From Octopus vulgaris (taxonomy: Eukaryota), in NCBI GenBank assembly GCA_951406725.2, contig OX597836.1, positions 26,722,001 through 26,786,000 of the forward strand: 64,000 nt of DNA, in the 5' to 3' direction. The notes under the pieces are model-generated. The model saw nothing but the letters and a program-made list of their open reading frames with translations. It was not told the origin of the DNA and made no database searches. Positions within the stretch are counted from its first letter, which is position 1. Each line of letters starts with the position of its first letter. Shown here piece by piece: positions 52,131 to 64,000 of this stretch. Both the position numbers and the translations under genes were made by a program.

Positions 52131-52157
52131 TCCTCACGCCTGATCTGATCTCATCTA

Positions 52158-52690
52158 ATCATCATCATCATCATCATCATCATTTAACGTCCGCTTTCCA
52201 TACTAGCATGGGTTGGACGATTTGACTGAGGTCTGGCGAACCAGACTCCAATCTGATCTGGCAGAGTTTCTACAGCTGGATGCCCTTCCTAATGCCAACC
52301 ACTCTGAGAGTGTAGTGGGTGCTTTTACGTGCCACCGGCACGAGGGCCAGTTTGGTGGTACTGGCAACGGCCACGCCCAAATGGTGCTTTTTACGTGTCA
52401 CCTGCACAGGAGCCAGTCCAGCGGCACTGGCGACGACCTCGCTCGAATATTTCACATGCCACCAGCACAAGTGCTGGTAAGGCGATGCAGTAACAATCAC
52501 ACTTGAATGGTGTGCTTAATGTGCCATCGGCACTGAGGCCAGCTTGTTGCTCTGGCAACGATCTCACTCGTATGGTACTCTTAGCGCTCCACTAGCAACG
52601 GATGCCAGTCACCGAATTTGATTTCGACTTCGATTTCACTTGCCTCAACTGGTCTTCGCAAGCAGAGTTTAGTGTCCAAAGAAGAAAAGG
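52158..52690 (-). mobile_element. RTE 3'-UTR/tail element
   Basis: (CAT)n tail, subrepeats, TTCACTTGCCTCAAC block. Confidence 0.85.
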
Positions 52691-52960
52691 CACACGTCTT
52701 ATAAAAATGATCTTTGTCCTGACTAGCAGATGGTAGAGTTGGTGTACAGAGCCTTGGTAATATAATCCATTGTCTGTCTTCAACAGGAATTTGAAGTGAC
52801 ATTAGCCGCTCACCTATGTTCCCATCAGTTCAAACAGCAAGTCGTTCCTCACAACAAAGTCAATAATCCATGTTTGTGATGACATTGTGTCCTCAACAAT
52901 TTATTACGAGGACTTTTTTAAGTAGCCTAGTCTCACTGGCTGCAGTAATATCTACTGTAG
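52690..52960 (-). mobile_element. Decayed RTE AP-endonuclease fragment
   Basis: ERLMSLQIP...CTPTL...KDHFY resembles ERLMSLRLP..YAPTL..KDRFY. Confidence 0.65.
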
Positions 52961-52989
52961 CACCCAAGTTCATTGGCTTTATGATTAAA

Positions 52990-53190
52990 CTTTTCACTAC
53001 GGAAACCAGACTTGTCCTCTCAAAATTTTACCATTACTCTTTTACTGCAGAAATCAGATATATCCACCCCAAATTCCATTACCCTTTTACTGTGGAAAGT
53101 AGACATATCTACTCAAACTTCCATTTTCCTTTTACAGTGGCAATCAGATATGTCCACTTAAAATTCCATTAGCCCCAACTGCAGAAAAGT
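52990..53190. repeat. Degenerate ~43-bp tandem repeat (4-5 units)
   Basis: CTTTTACTGYRGAAA..AGAYAT.TC.AC..AAATTCCATT units. Confidence 0.75.
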
Positions 53191-53974
53191 AGTTTTATAA
53201 CCAAATCCATCTTTTGTTGAGGAATGTCCTGTTTAAAGCTATTTTTGGTTGAAATATGTCAAGTTTATTGAGTCCACGTGATTTGCAGGAAATACCAGTT
53301 CTATTTTCTTTTGGTAGATATTTAACATCATTACGGGAATAACCACGAGATTCAATGTTGCAATTAAAGGATTAATTATCCGTCAAATGTAAATAATGTA
53401 CATAATTCCTCATCTCTTAAATATAGAACTGTAATATATATATATCATCTTCATCATCATCATTTAACGTTCGTTGTCCATGTTGGCATAGGTTGGACAG
53501 TTTGACTGGGCTGGCACACTGGAAGGCTGTGCCAGGATCCAGTCTGATTTGGCATGATTTTCTATGGCTGGATGCCCTTCCTAATGCCGACCACTCTGGG
53601 AGTGTAATGGATGCTTTTACGTGCCACCAGTGTGAGTGCCATTTGCATGACACCAGTATCTGCCATGCACATACTGACATACATATATACAAGTCTTACT
53701 ATATGTACGTTCTTGAAATGAAATAGTTATGTTTTAAGATGTGGTTCAAAAACACTGCATGCAAATGCAGAGAGAGAGAGAGGGAGAGAAAGAGGGAGAG
53801 AGGGAGAATAAAGAAATGAAATAGCTAAAGATTCTGAATTACCTTAATTGTCTCTCTAATGATCCAAAGGCTGCCATAAGTTCCATAGTAAATAGTGTAT
53901 CCTCCCATATATCATCTCTCCTAACCATGAAATCTTTAATCAAACTGCTAATTTCTGTAACAAAGAATTTCTCC

Positions 53975-54130
53975 ACAGGAGTGCTGTGTAGTAAGTAACT
54001 TGCTTACTGACCACATATTCCAGGTTCAGTCCCACTGTGTGGCACCATGGGCAACTGTCATCTACTATAGCCTCAGGCCGACCAAAGCCTTGTGAGTGGA
54101 TTTGGTAGATGGAAACTGAAAGAAGCCTGT

Positions 54131-54180
<50 letters not shown>

Positions 54181-54392
54181 TGTTTATGTGTGTGTTTGTG
54201 TGTATGTTTGTCCCCCCACCATTGCTTGACAACTGATGTTGGTGTGTTTACATCACTGTAACTTAGCGGTTCAGCAAAAGGGACCGATACAGTAAGTACT
54301 AGGCTTACAAAGAATAAGTCCTGGGGTCAATTTGCTCGACTAAAGGCAGTGCTCCAGCATTGCTGCAGTCAAATGACTGAAACAAATAAAAG
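53975..54392 (+). mobile_element. SINE family A
   Basis: Full block order with internal (TG)(TA)n. Confidence 0.88.
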
Positions 54393-55005
54393 GAAAACGT
54401 AATTGTATGACGTCTGTAAACAATAAAGTTAATTTAATTAAGGTGCGAATTACGTTTGACCCTCTGGTCGATAACTAACGAGGAATTGATAACCTTCTGT
54501 GTTTGTCTCTCGTTTGTTTGTACATTTATTATAATATGTTTTTGACTTATTTAAATGGAACACCACGTATGGTTACTAAATTTGTTTACAAATAAATAGT
54601 TCCATATGACATCTGTTCCTCTCTTTCTCTCTCACTCTCTCTCCTTCTATGCTTCTATCTGTCACATTCCTTTTCCTTCTCTCTTTGCTCTCTGTGTTTC
54701 CCTCTGCTCTCCACCACTTTTCTCCTTCCTCCTACTAACATGTGACCTATGGTCATCATCACATCTTCTTCCTTTTTACACTGACCACCAAAGGAAGCAG
54801 TTGCATTTTCTCTTGTCTCCCACTCTATTCATCTTCCTTTGTTAATCCTTTAATCTCGGTGTTAACCATATTTTTGTCCCCTGTCTGGCCCCAAGAGTGT
54901 ATTCTGTTTGTATTCCCACATGGTTGTTTATTTCAGTTTGTTTGTATTCCCACATGTCATCCTGTTTGTTTTCATTTCTGTTCTTCATCCATCCATCATC
55001 ATTCA

Positions 55006-55314
55006 TCATTGTTCGACCGTGGTCGAGACAATGGAATTTACCATGCTACGCCAGACTTCACGGTCCATCATAGCATTACGGAGGTCCTGTTGCTGGAATC
55101 CTGTATCCCTGGAGATTACATCAGGGTAGGGGAGTGTGCGCCCTCTGGTATCGCGAGTAGATGGCTTCCAGAGGAGAAGAGTAGAAATTGCCTCGTTTTC
55201 AGCTCTACAACAATGTCCAGCAAACTGGACTCTCCTACCTTTCACAAGAGATGACACAGGTGGTAGTTTCCCATATATTTGCATTTTGGTTGGATGACGC
55301 ATCCATCCATCCAC
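55006..55314 (-). mobile_element. RTE LINE 3' end (second family)
   Basis: IYGKLPPVSSLVKGRRVQFAGHCCR...AMMDREVWRSMV followed by an ATG/GATG-rich tail. Confidence 0.85.
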
Positions 55315-55370
55315 GCATTCATCTGTCCACTAATTGTCTTGTCTTGAATTACATTTATTCCACGTTTGTA

Positions 55371-55776
55371 TACTCTTTCGCTTTTACTCTTTTACTTGTT
55401 TCAGTCATTTGACTGCGGCCATGCTGGGGCACCACCTTTAGTTGAGCAAATCGACCCCGGGATTTATTCTTTGTAAGCCCAGTACTTATTCTATCGGTCT
55501 CTTTTGCCGAACCGCTAAGTGACGGGGACGTAAACACACCAGCATTGGTTGTCAAGCAATACTAGGGGGACAAACAGACACACACACATACACATATATA
55601 TATACATATATACGACAGGCTTCTTTCAGTTTCCGTCTACCAAATCCACTCACAAGGCATTGGTCGGACCGGGGCTATAGCAGAAGACACTTGCCCAAGA
55701 TGCCACGCAGTGGGACCGAACCCAGAACCATGTGGCTGGTTAGCAAGCTACTTACCACACAGCCACTTCTGCGCCT
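55371..55776 (-). mobile_element. SINE family A, young copy
   Basis: Near-identical to 8897-9306. Confidence 0.92.
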
Positions 55777-56144
55777 GTATGTTCACTTTCTGTATCATAT
55801 TCTTTTTTGTTTCTTCATTTTCTGTCATATTTGGTCCCTTGTTTTTTGGCTTGCCATTTTCTGGCAGTATTTTGTTCGTCTTTACATTCTGAGTTCAAAT
55901 TCCGCCGAGGTCGACTTTCCCTTTCATCCTTTCGGGGTCGATAAATTAAGTACCAGTTGCATACTGGAGTCGATCTAATTGACTGCCCCCTCTCCCCAAA
56001 TATTTCGGGCCTTGTGCCTAGAGTAGAAAAGAATATTATTGTTAAGGCATGAAATTGTGCTTGACTCTCTGGCCAATAACTAATGAGGATTTGGTGACCT
56101 TCTGTGTTAAAAATCCTCTCTCATTTCATTAAACTTTCTCCTTT

Positions 56145-56597
56145 TCATCATCATTATCATCGTTTAACATCCATTTTCCATGCTAGCATGGGTTGGATGG
56201 TTTGACTGAGGTCTGGAGAGCCAGCGGCTGCCCCAGGCTCCAATCTGATCTGACAGAGTTTCTACAGCTGGATGTCCTTCCTAATGCCAACCACTCTGAG
56301 AGTTTAGTGGGTGCTATTTATATGGCACCAGCACAGGAGCCAAGAAGGCAGCCCTGGCATTGATCATGTTCAGATAGTGCTTTTTACGTGCCACCGGCAC
56401 GAGAGCCAGTCAGGGGGTACTGGCATCGGCCACGATCAGTTGGTGCTTTTTACATGCCACCAGTATGGGAGCCCCTCAGGCGGACCTGGCATCGACCATG
56501 TTCGGGTGGTGCTTTTTACGGGCCACTGGCACGGGAACCAGTCAGGGGGCACTGGCCACAGCTATGATATTGGTTTTACTTGACTCAACAGGTCTTC
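56145..56597 (-). mobile_element. RTE 3'-UTR/tail element
   Basis: (CAT)n tail, ~60-bp subrepeats, ACTTGACTCAACAGGTCTTCTC. Confidence 0.85.
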
Positions 56598-56891
56598 TCT
56601 CTATATATTTTCAATACTTCTAGGTTATTAACGATAAACTATCTCTCTCTCTATCATATTATATACAATGTTCACTTCCACCACCACAACCCACTGCTTC
56701 TTTTTGAATATTTGATTAAATATTTTATTTGTTATTGTCTGCCATACATTAATATTTCGAAGATGACTTTTTGTTTGTGCATATTGGAGTTGAAGAATGG
56801 ATATTCTATATCTAACCATGATATTCTAATGATTTGATGAGCTAGCCTTCTATACCTGTATTAGCCTGTAAAATGTAGAATTGTACTATAT

Positions 56892-57281
56892 CTATGGAAG
56901 GAAGCACTCCGTCGGTTACGATGACGAGGGTTCCGGTTGATCCGATCAATGGAACAGCCTGCTCGTGTAATTAACGTGTAAGTGGCTGAGCACTCCACAG
57001 ACACGTGTACCCTTAACGTAGTTCTCGGGTATATTCAGCGTGACAGAGAGAGTGACAAGGCCGGCCCTTTGAAATACAGGTACAACCGAAACAGGAAGTA
57101 AGAGTGAGAGAAAGTTGTGGTGAAAGAGTACAGCAGGGATCACCACCATCCCTGCCGGAGCCTCGTGGAGCTGTTGGTGTTTTCGCTCAATAAACACTCA
57201 CAACGCACGGTCTGGGAATCGAAACCGCGATCCTACGACCGCGAGTCCGCTGCCCTAACCACTGGGCCATTGCGCCTCCAC
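56892..57281 (-). mobile_element. SINE family C, young full-length copy with TSD
   Basis: tRNA head TGGCCCAGTGG...GGTTTCGATTCC on the minus strand; 10-bp TSD TGTACTATAT. Confidence 0.92.
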
Positions 57282-57504
57282 TGTACTATATAATTGATAA
57301 CATATACACTAGTGCAGACATGTAAAATAATATATTATACTCTAAAATTAATTATTTTTCCATAATGCTGGATGCAAAATGATCATAATCTTATGGATAT
57401 TAACTGGTGAAATAAATATATTTATTTTATACCTCCTGAATTTCATTTATATTGTGTGTATTTGTTTATATATTTTAATATTTCGCTTAGGCATAGTGAG
57501 ACTA

Positions 57505-57667
57505 AGGCGCAGGAGTGGCTGTGTGGTAAATAGCTTGCTTACCAACCACATGGTTCTGAGTTCAGTCTCACTGTGTGGCACCTTGGACAAGTGTCTTCTT
57601 CTATAGCCTTGGGCCGACCAAAGCCTTGTGAATGGATTTGGTAGACAGAAACTGAAAGAAGCCCGTC

Positions 57668-57714
<47 letters not shown>

Positions 57715-57957
57715 TATATATTTATATGTTTGTGTGTGTGTATGTTTGTGTGTCTGTTTGTCCCCCCCCCACTACCATCGCTTGAGAACCAATGTTGGTC
57801 TGTCTACGTCCCTGTAACTTAGCAATTTGGCAAAAGATATCGAAAGAATAAGTACGAGGCTTACAAAGAACTTGTCATGGGGTCGATTTGTTCGACTAAA
57901 GATGGTGCTCCAGCATGGCTGAAGTCAAATGACTGAAACAAATAAAAGAATGAAAGA
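57505..57957 (+). mobile_element. SINE family A
   Basis: Head AGGCGCAGGAGTGGCTG to tail GACTGAAACAAATAAAAG. Confidence 0.9.
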
Positions 57958-58448
57958 ATATGTAGGTATCGGTATGTGAGAATGTCATGCGTATGCATGT
58001 ATGTATACATACATTTATATGTGTGTGTATGCTTGTAATTATATATATGTTGATGTGTATGTACATCTTGGCTCTCTACATCTGTATACATCTTCATATG
58101 CAGATGTTTATCTCTGTCTTAGTGATGCTGCCAATTCCCATATTAATAGCGCTACGTGCTCAGCCATTCGTATCTGAATTACTTATAAATTTCTCAGATT
58201 CTGGTTCTACAAGAAGCAGCTTCTTTGTTTTTAAGACCTACACCATCAGTTAATTGTGACGTGTTGTAAATCAAGGACTATCTGTTTATATAGCTGTGAA
58301 CATGCGTGTGTGTGTGTGTGTGTGTGTATCTTTATGTGTTTCTGTTTATGTATATGTATGTCCGTGTATATATGTGTGCGTGTCTCTGTGTGTGCAGCTG
58401 TATATTTGAATGTTTCGTTTTCCTCAGTATAGAAACACTTTACGTTAA

Positions 58449-58526
58449 GGCTCTGATGAAGCAGTAGCAACCCTCTGGCACTCAATTCTGGAGTATAGGT
58501 CCTTGTAGCAGAAACAGCTGTAAGCT
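58449..58526 (+). ncRNA. Hammerhead ribozyme motif with long domain II
   Basis: GGCT-CTGATGA-(~50 nt)-GAAAC-AGCT-GTA-AGCT: intact core, palindromic stem III, GUA cleavage triplet. Confidence 0.55.
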
Positions 58527-58610
58527 AATGAATGTGATTACATAACTCCTGTTCTTTTGTCATTCATTTATTATCATTAATATGCATGTACATACGTTGT
58601 ATTAATATAT

Positions 58611-58910
58611 TTATGCACACACACACACACACACGTGTGTCTGTGTGTGTGCATTTTTGTGTGTAAATGTATATGTGTATGATGTATATATGTAAGTGCG
58701 TGTATGTTTGCATGTGTGTGTGTGTTTGTTTGCATGTGTGTATGTGTGTGTGTGTGTGTGCGTGCTTATGAATTTTTGTGTGTATGTTTGCATGTGTGTG
58801 TGTGTGTGTGTGTGTATTTTTGTGTCTAAATATATGTGTATGATGTATATATGTGTGTGTGTGTGTATGTTTGTGTGTGTGTGTATGTTTGCATGTGTGT
58901 GTGTGTGTTT
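58611..58910. repeat. (CA)/(TG) compound microsatellite
   Basis: Seen directly in the sequence. Confidence 0.95.
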
Positions 58911-58938
58911 ATTCACAGATTTGTGAGAAGAGTATTTA

Positions 58939-59100
58939 ATGCTTGAAGAATTGATCATTGATGTTGGTGGGAAAAGTATTGATGAGGAGACAGAGATGCT
59001 GATCACAAGAATCTCCATCTCTTACTGCATTATGCTGGCTGCCTGCATCATTGCATCATTGACTTGTATAATTCAAACCTGGAATCAAGCTACCTGTTGA
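58939..59100 (+). CDS. Possible 53-aa smORF in a candidate exon starting at 58919
   Basis: Acceptor tttattcacag|A; ORF MLEELIIDVGGKSIDEETEMLITRISISYCIMLAACIIASLTCIIQTWNQATC; no homology recognised. Confidence 0.2.
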   Translation: MLEELIIDVGGKSIDEETEMLITRISISYCIMLAACIIASLTCIIQTWNQATC

Positions 59101-59201
59101 TGAAGTAGGAATAATTAAAAATGTATATAGGTCATTGTTTAGTTAGTCAGCATGTCAATTTAGCTAATAACAGAGATATGTTTGAGACAGGATAAAATAT
59201 T

Positions 59202-59692
59202 ATGATGACGATGGTGATAATCATGATGATGGTGATGATGACGACGATGATAATGAGGATGATGATCATGATGATGATGACGATTGTGGTGACGATGATC
59301 ATGATCATCATCATGACAATGATGGTGATCATGATGATGGTGATGATCATGATGATGGTGATGATGATGATGATGACGATGATGATGGTGATGATCATGA
59401 TGATGGTGATGATGACGATGATGATGGTGATGATCATGATGATGGTGATGATGACGATGATGATGGCGATGATGATGATGATGGTGATGATGACGGTGAT
59501 GATGGTGATGATGATGATGATGGTGATGATGACGACGATGATGATGGTGGTGATGATGATCATGATGGTGAAGATGACAATGATGGCGGTGATGATGACG
59601 ATGATGACGGTGATGACAATGATGGTGATGATGATCATGATGATCATGGTGATGAGTACAATAATAATGATGATGAAGATGAAGCAAATGAT
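59202..59692. repeat. ~490-bp degenerate (ATG)n microsatellite
   Basis: Seen directly; the poly-His/Met/Ile ORFs are artefacts of it. Confidence 0.95.
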
Positions 59693-59732
59693 AAACAATT
59701 TCAATATTAGCGATAATATTAGACAGCATTTA

Positions 59733-59950
59733 AGGCGGTCAACTGGCAGAATCGTTTACACACCAGGCAAAATGCTTTGTGGTATTTTGTCTGACTTTAC
59801 GTTCCGAGTTCAAGTTCCGCTGATGTCGACATTGCCTTTCACCCTTTCGGAGTTGATAAAATAAGTACCAGTTGAGTACTGGGGTCGATGTAATCGACTT
59901 AACTGCTCCCCCAAAGTTGCTGGCCTTGTGCCAAAATTTGAACCCAATAT
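59733..59950 (+). mobile_element. SINE family B
   Basis: Head GGCGGTCAACTGGCAGAATCG and core GATAAAATAAGTACCAG. Confidence 0.85.
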
Positions 59951-60106
59951 TATGACCACTACAGTAACTGGGGACGGGGGCAGCAGGAGCAGTCTGACCA
60001 AAGCCTTGTGAATGGATTTGGTAGACAGAAACTGAAGCCCGTTATATATATATATACACACATATATATATATATATATATACACATATATATATGTGTG
60101 TGTGTG

Positions 60107-60302
60107 ATTATAATAAAGGGTACCGAAGAGGCACCACCATGCCAGAAATAGCAGTCAGAACTGACTCTAAAATCACATCATATATTCATATAGCACATTT
60201 ATCTTTCCTCCTGTGCTATATGAATTCATGATGTGGTTTTAGAGGCAGTTTTGACTGCTATTTCTGGCACGGTAGTGCTTCTTTGGTACCCTTGATTATA
60301 AT
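60107..60302. repeat. ~195-bp foldback (MITE-like palindrome)
   Basis: AAGGGTACC..GCCAGAAATAGCAGTCA..ATTCATATAGCACA / TGTGCTATATGAAT..TGACTGCTATTTCTGGC..GGTACCCTT. Confidence 0.85.
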
Positions 60303-60315
60303 TATATTTATATTC

Positions 60316-60697
60316 GTGGCATTCTGTTGGTTACGACGAAGAGGGTTTCAGTTGATCTGATCAACGGAACAGCCTGCTCATGAAATTAACGTGCAAGTGG
60401 TTGAGCACTCCACAGACACGTGTACTCTTAACGTAGTTCTCAGAGAGATTCAGCATGACACAGGGTGCGACAAGGGTGGCCCCTTTGAAATACAGGTATA
60501 ACAGAAACAGGAAGAAAGAGTGAGAGAAAGTTGTGGTGAAAGAGTACAGCAGGGTTCACCACCACTCCCTGCCGGAGCCTCGTAGAGCTTTAGGTGTTTT
60601 CACTCAATAAACACCCATAACGCTCTGTCTGGGAATTGAAACTGCGATCCTATGACCACCAGTTCACTGCCCTAACCACTGGGCCATTGCGCTTCCA
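60316..60697 (-). mobile_element. SINE family C
   Basis: Colinear with 56892-57281, showing CpG decay. Confidence 0.9.
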
Positions 60698-60864
60698 CAT
60701 CACCATCATCATCATTGTCATTTAACATCCACTTTCCATGCTGGCATGGGTTGATTTATATTATTATATATCTATAATAATTATTACCTGTATGTTTTTT
60801 TTTTCCATGCTGGCCACTTGACATGACTGTTATTTTAAATAATGCTCTTATCTTCTCCCTCCCC

Positions 60865-60919
<55 letters not shown>

Positions 60920-61310
60920 GTTGTCTTCGTCTGCTGCAAAGGCATTTTTTCAAAATACGCCAGCCAAGATAAGTTAAAAAGTCGTAAGACACCCGCTGTT
61001 TTTGTCCTGTTATTACTATTCCTGTTTTTTTATTTTTATTTTTTGTTTCTTGTATTTATATTCGTGTGGCATCGTCCGGTTTTCTGTCCTTGTTTCGTAT
61101 ACATTCGATCCTTTTTCCAAGAAATCTAATGCTCGTAGCTTAGTTTTTCCTTGGGGCTGGCCGGATCGGAGCAATATCAGGATTAATCAGCCGAAATTGC
61201 TAAGATGATCCGGTTCCCGACTTAAGATTAGAGGCTTCGAATGACCCGTCTGTTTTTTTTTGTGTCGTCTCCATTCTTGTCCCCTTTTGTAATTTCTATA
61301 TATAATTTTT

Positions 61311-61341
<31 letters not shown>

Positions 61342-62029
61342 CATGTGTCAAAAGGATGTGTTATAATACTACTCCACAGCCATACCGACAATCCAACATA
61401 CCCCCATCATCAGCTGCCCCACTGATATCATTATGGTTTTAACACCTGGTATATATATATATATATTATCATCATCATCATTTAATGTCCATCTTCCATG
61501 CATGCATGGATAGGGTGATTGACAGATGCCGGCCAGGTAGAAAATCTACCCTGTGCTACTGAGTCTGTTTTGGTGGGGTTTTCACGGTTGGATGCTCTTC
61601 CTAACACCAACCACTCTGCAGGAATGGTGGTGCAGACAAGAAATATAGGACTCATTAGTTTTCATAGTTTTTTTTTTTTTGTGGGAAAGGAGCCATTTAC
61701 ATGTGCTTTCGATGGCACATTCATTGAAAGCATACAAAATAACATAGTAAAAAAAACCCCTTGAAACAAAACACCGCTGCTAGGAAACTCAGACACCCCT
61801 GGTGACCCAACAGGTCATGGGTAGTCTAGTATATATATAGGTGCAGGATGGCTGTGTGGTTAAGAAGCGTACTTCCCAACTCTGTGATCTTGGGTTCAGT
61901 CCCACTGTGTGGCAACTTGGGTATGAGTCTTTTATCTTAGCTCCAGGTTGACCAAACCCTTGTGAGTTTATTTGGTAGACAGGAACAGAAAGAAGCTCAT
62001 TGTGTTTTTCAAAGTCCAAAATAAAGTCC

Positions 62030-62440
62030 ATTCTTGTCTTGCATTTTCCATTGCCCTTGATTAAAGCAACAGCATAACCAGTATGGTGCTGTTTAACTTT
62101 TCCATTTGAAGTGTTGGAGAAGAATTTGTCGGACTTGTACTTTTGAAAGGCCAAAACAACAAGGGAAGAAATATTTCAATCTTTGCTAATCTCTTTAGAT
62201 GAATTAAACATAAACTGGCGACAGATGGTGAGTTTGGCCACAGATGGAGCACCACAGAATGGCAGGCCATGATTTAAGTGTTGTGTCCAGATTAAAATCA
62301 AATCTTCAGCCTATAAATGAAGATCTCCATCTTTGTGGTATGAACGGCTTTACAAATTACTCAGTGATGTGCTGCAAAACTCTGAAAATGGACCATGTCA
62401 TTGATATCACTGTAAAAAAAGCAGTTGGTTTTATATTCTT
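62030..62440 (+). pseudogene. Decayed hAT (Charlie/GTF2IRD2-like) transposase fragment
   Basis: FSIALD*S, TTREEIFQSL..LNINWRQMVSLATDGAP, CKTLKMDHVID. Confidence 0.75.
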
Positions 62441-62459
62441 TATCTTCTGTCTGTTATTT

Positions 62460-62927
62460 GTATCAGTTGTTAGACTGTGGCCATGCTGGGGCACCACCTT
62501 ACTCTTTACTCTTTTATTTGCTTCAGTCATTTGACTGTGGCCATGCTGGAGCACCGCCTTTAGTCGAGCAAATCAACCCCAGGACTTATTCTTTGTAAGC
62601 CTAGTACTTATTCTATCGGTCTATTTTGCTGAACTGCTAAGTTACGGGGAAGAATTTTCCCGCTGAATGAATCGACCCCCCAACCAAGGACTTATTTTTT
62701 TAAAGCCTGATTCTTTTTCCTTTCTGGTTGCTTTTGCTGAACCTACCACTAAGTTATGGGGATGTAAACAAACCAACACTAGTTGTCAAGCAGTTGCAGG
62801 GAACAAACACAGGCATACATTTATGTGTATGTGTGCGTGTGTGTGTGTACTCTTTACTCTTTTACTCATTTCAGTCATTTGATTATGGCCATGCTGGAGC
62901 ACATATATACATACATACATACATACA

Positions 62928-62992
<65 letters not shown>

Positions 62993-63143
62993 CAGGCTTC
63001 TTTCAGTTTCCGTTTACCAAATCCACTCACAAGGCTTTGGTCGACCTGAGGCTATAGTAGAAGACACTTGCCCAAGTTGCCATGCAGTGGGACTGAACCC
63101 GGAACCATGTGGTTCATAAGCAAGCTATTTACCACACAGCCAC
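62460..63143 (-). mobile_element. Cluster of nested/partial SINE family A copies
   Basis: Three repeats of the tail block GAYTRTGGCCATGCTGG and one head. Confidence 0.8.
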
Positions 63144-63420
63144 TCTGTGTGTAATTTTTGTTGTCATCAGAGTATGTGTCCCTTGTTACTCACAGCTTCT
63201 GGTTACCATAACAGTTGTGGGTGATCACATCCCAATTCATTTCTTTTTTTTCACTAAGCAATGTAAAAAAAAAATAAACAAAATATTTTTAAAACCCCTC
63301 CCCCCCAGCCCATTTGGAAGCTCTATTTAATATGTCATGTTGTAGGCAAGCTATTGTTATATATTGAAATGATGTCAGTTTTACAAGCAAAATATTAATA
63401 ACAATAGTTGATATATTCTT

Positions 63421-63843
63421 TTGCTTTTTTATTTGTTTCAGTCATTTGACTGTGGCCATGCTGGAGCACCGCCTTTAGTCGAGCAAATCGACCCCAGTGT
63501 TTATTCTTTGTAAGCCTAGTACTTATTCTATCAGTCTCTTTTGCCGAACCGCTAAGTTTCGGGGACGTAAACACACCAGCATCGGTTGTCAAGTGATGTT
63601 GGGGGGACAAACACAGACACACAAACATATACACACACACATACACATATATACATATATATACATATATATATATATATGATTGGCTTCTTTCAGTTTC
63701 CGTCTACCAAATCCACTCACAATGCTTTGCTCGGCCTGAGGCTATAGTAGAAGACACTTGCCCAAGGTGCCATGCAGTGAAACTGAAACCGGGACCATGT
63801 GGTTGGGAAGCAAGCTACTTACCACACAGCCACTCCTACGCCT
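63421..63843 (-). mobile_element. SINE family A, full length
   Basis: Colinear with 8897-9306. Confidence 0.92.
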
Positions 63844-64000
63844 ATGTTTCACTATTTATATATTCAACTATTCACCAGATTTCGTCAAGAAATATATCCT
63901 CATAAAAATATTTATTAACACAGTTCGTATTAGTCCTGAATGACTAATAATAACATTGGGTTACTGACTCACACCTGAGATTTGTTCCGGACTAACAAGT

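Noticed and set aside
57200-57281. tRNA gene
   Set aside because: tRNA-derived head of SINE family C, continuous with the SINE body and bounded by TSDs
59147-59864. Long poly-His, poly-Met and poly-Ile ORFs
   Set aside because: Translations of a degenerate (ATG)n microsatellite

Overview
AT-rich, repeat-dominated eukaryotic DNA. The mix of tRNA-headed SINEs carrying internal (TA/CA)n tracts, RTE tails ending in (GAT)n and long microsatellites points to an octopus or other coleoid cephalopod; this is inferred from repeat style, not from a database search. I recognise no intact host protein-coding gene: nearly all listed ORFs are SINE, microsatellite or decayed-TE translations. TE content: three SINE families; decayed RTE and L1/Tx1 LINEs; Mariner and hAT transposase relics; a Helitron with a PIF1 helicase fragment; TTAA/CCC piggyBac-type MITEs; hAT-like and Merlin-like MITEs; and Penelope-like pieces with minimal hammerhead ribozyme motifs. 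Two CpG-retaining regions look like promoters. The one at ~27.0-27.8 kb appears divergent, with candidate exons on both strands that are mostly closed in all frames. The one at ~43.8-44.0 kb drives a + strand transcript. Best leads: (i) a ~145-nt element present twice (3204-3351 and 8243-8382) with a shared predicted fold; (ii) four hammerhead motifs, one inside a 155-bp head-to-head palindrome; (iii) a strand-asymmetric 134-nt hairpin at 46.3 kb; (iv) a pseudoknot-capable GC-rich segment at 24.9 kb; (v) a 53-aa hydrophobic smORF. All folds and splice sites were read by eye.
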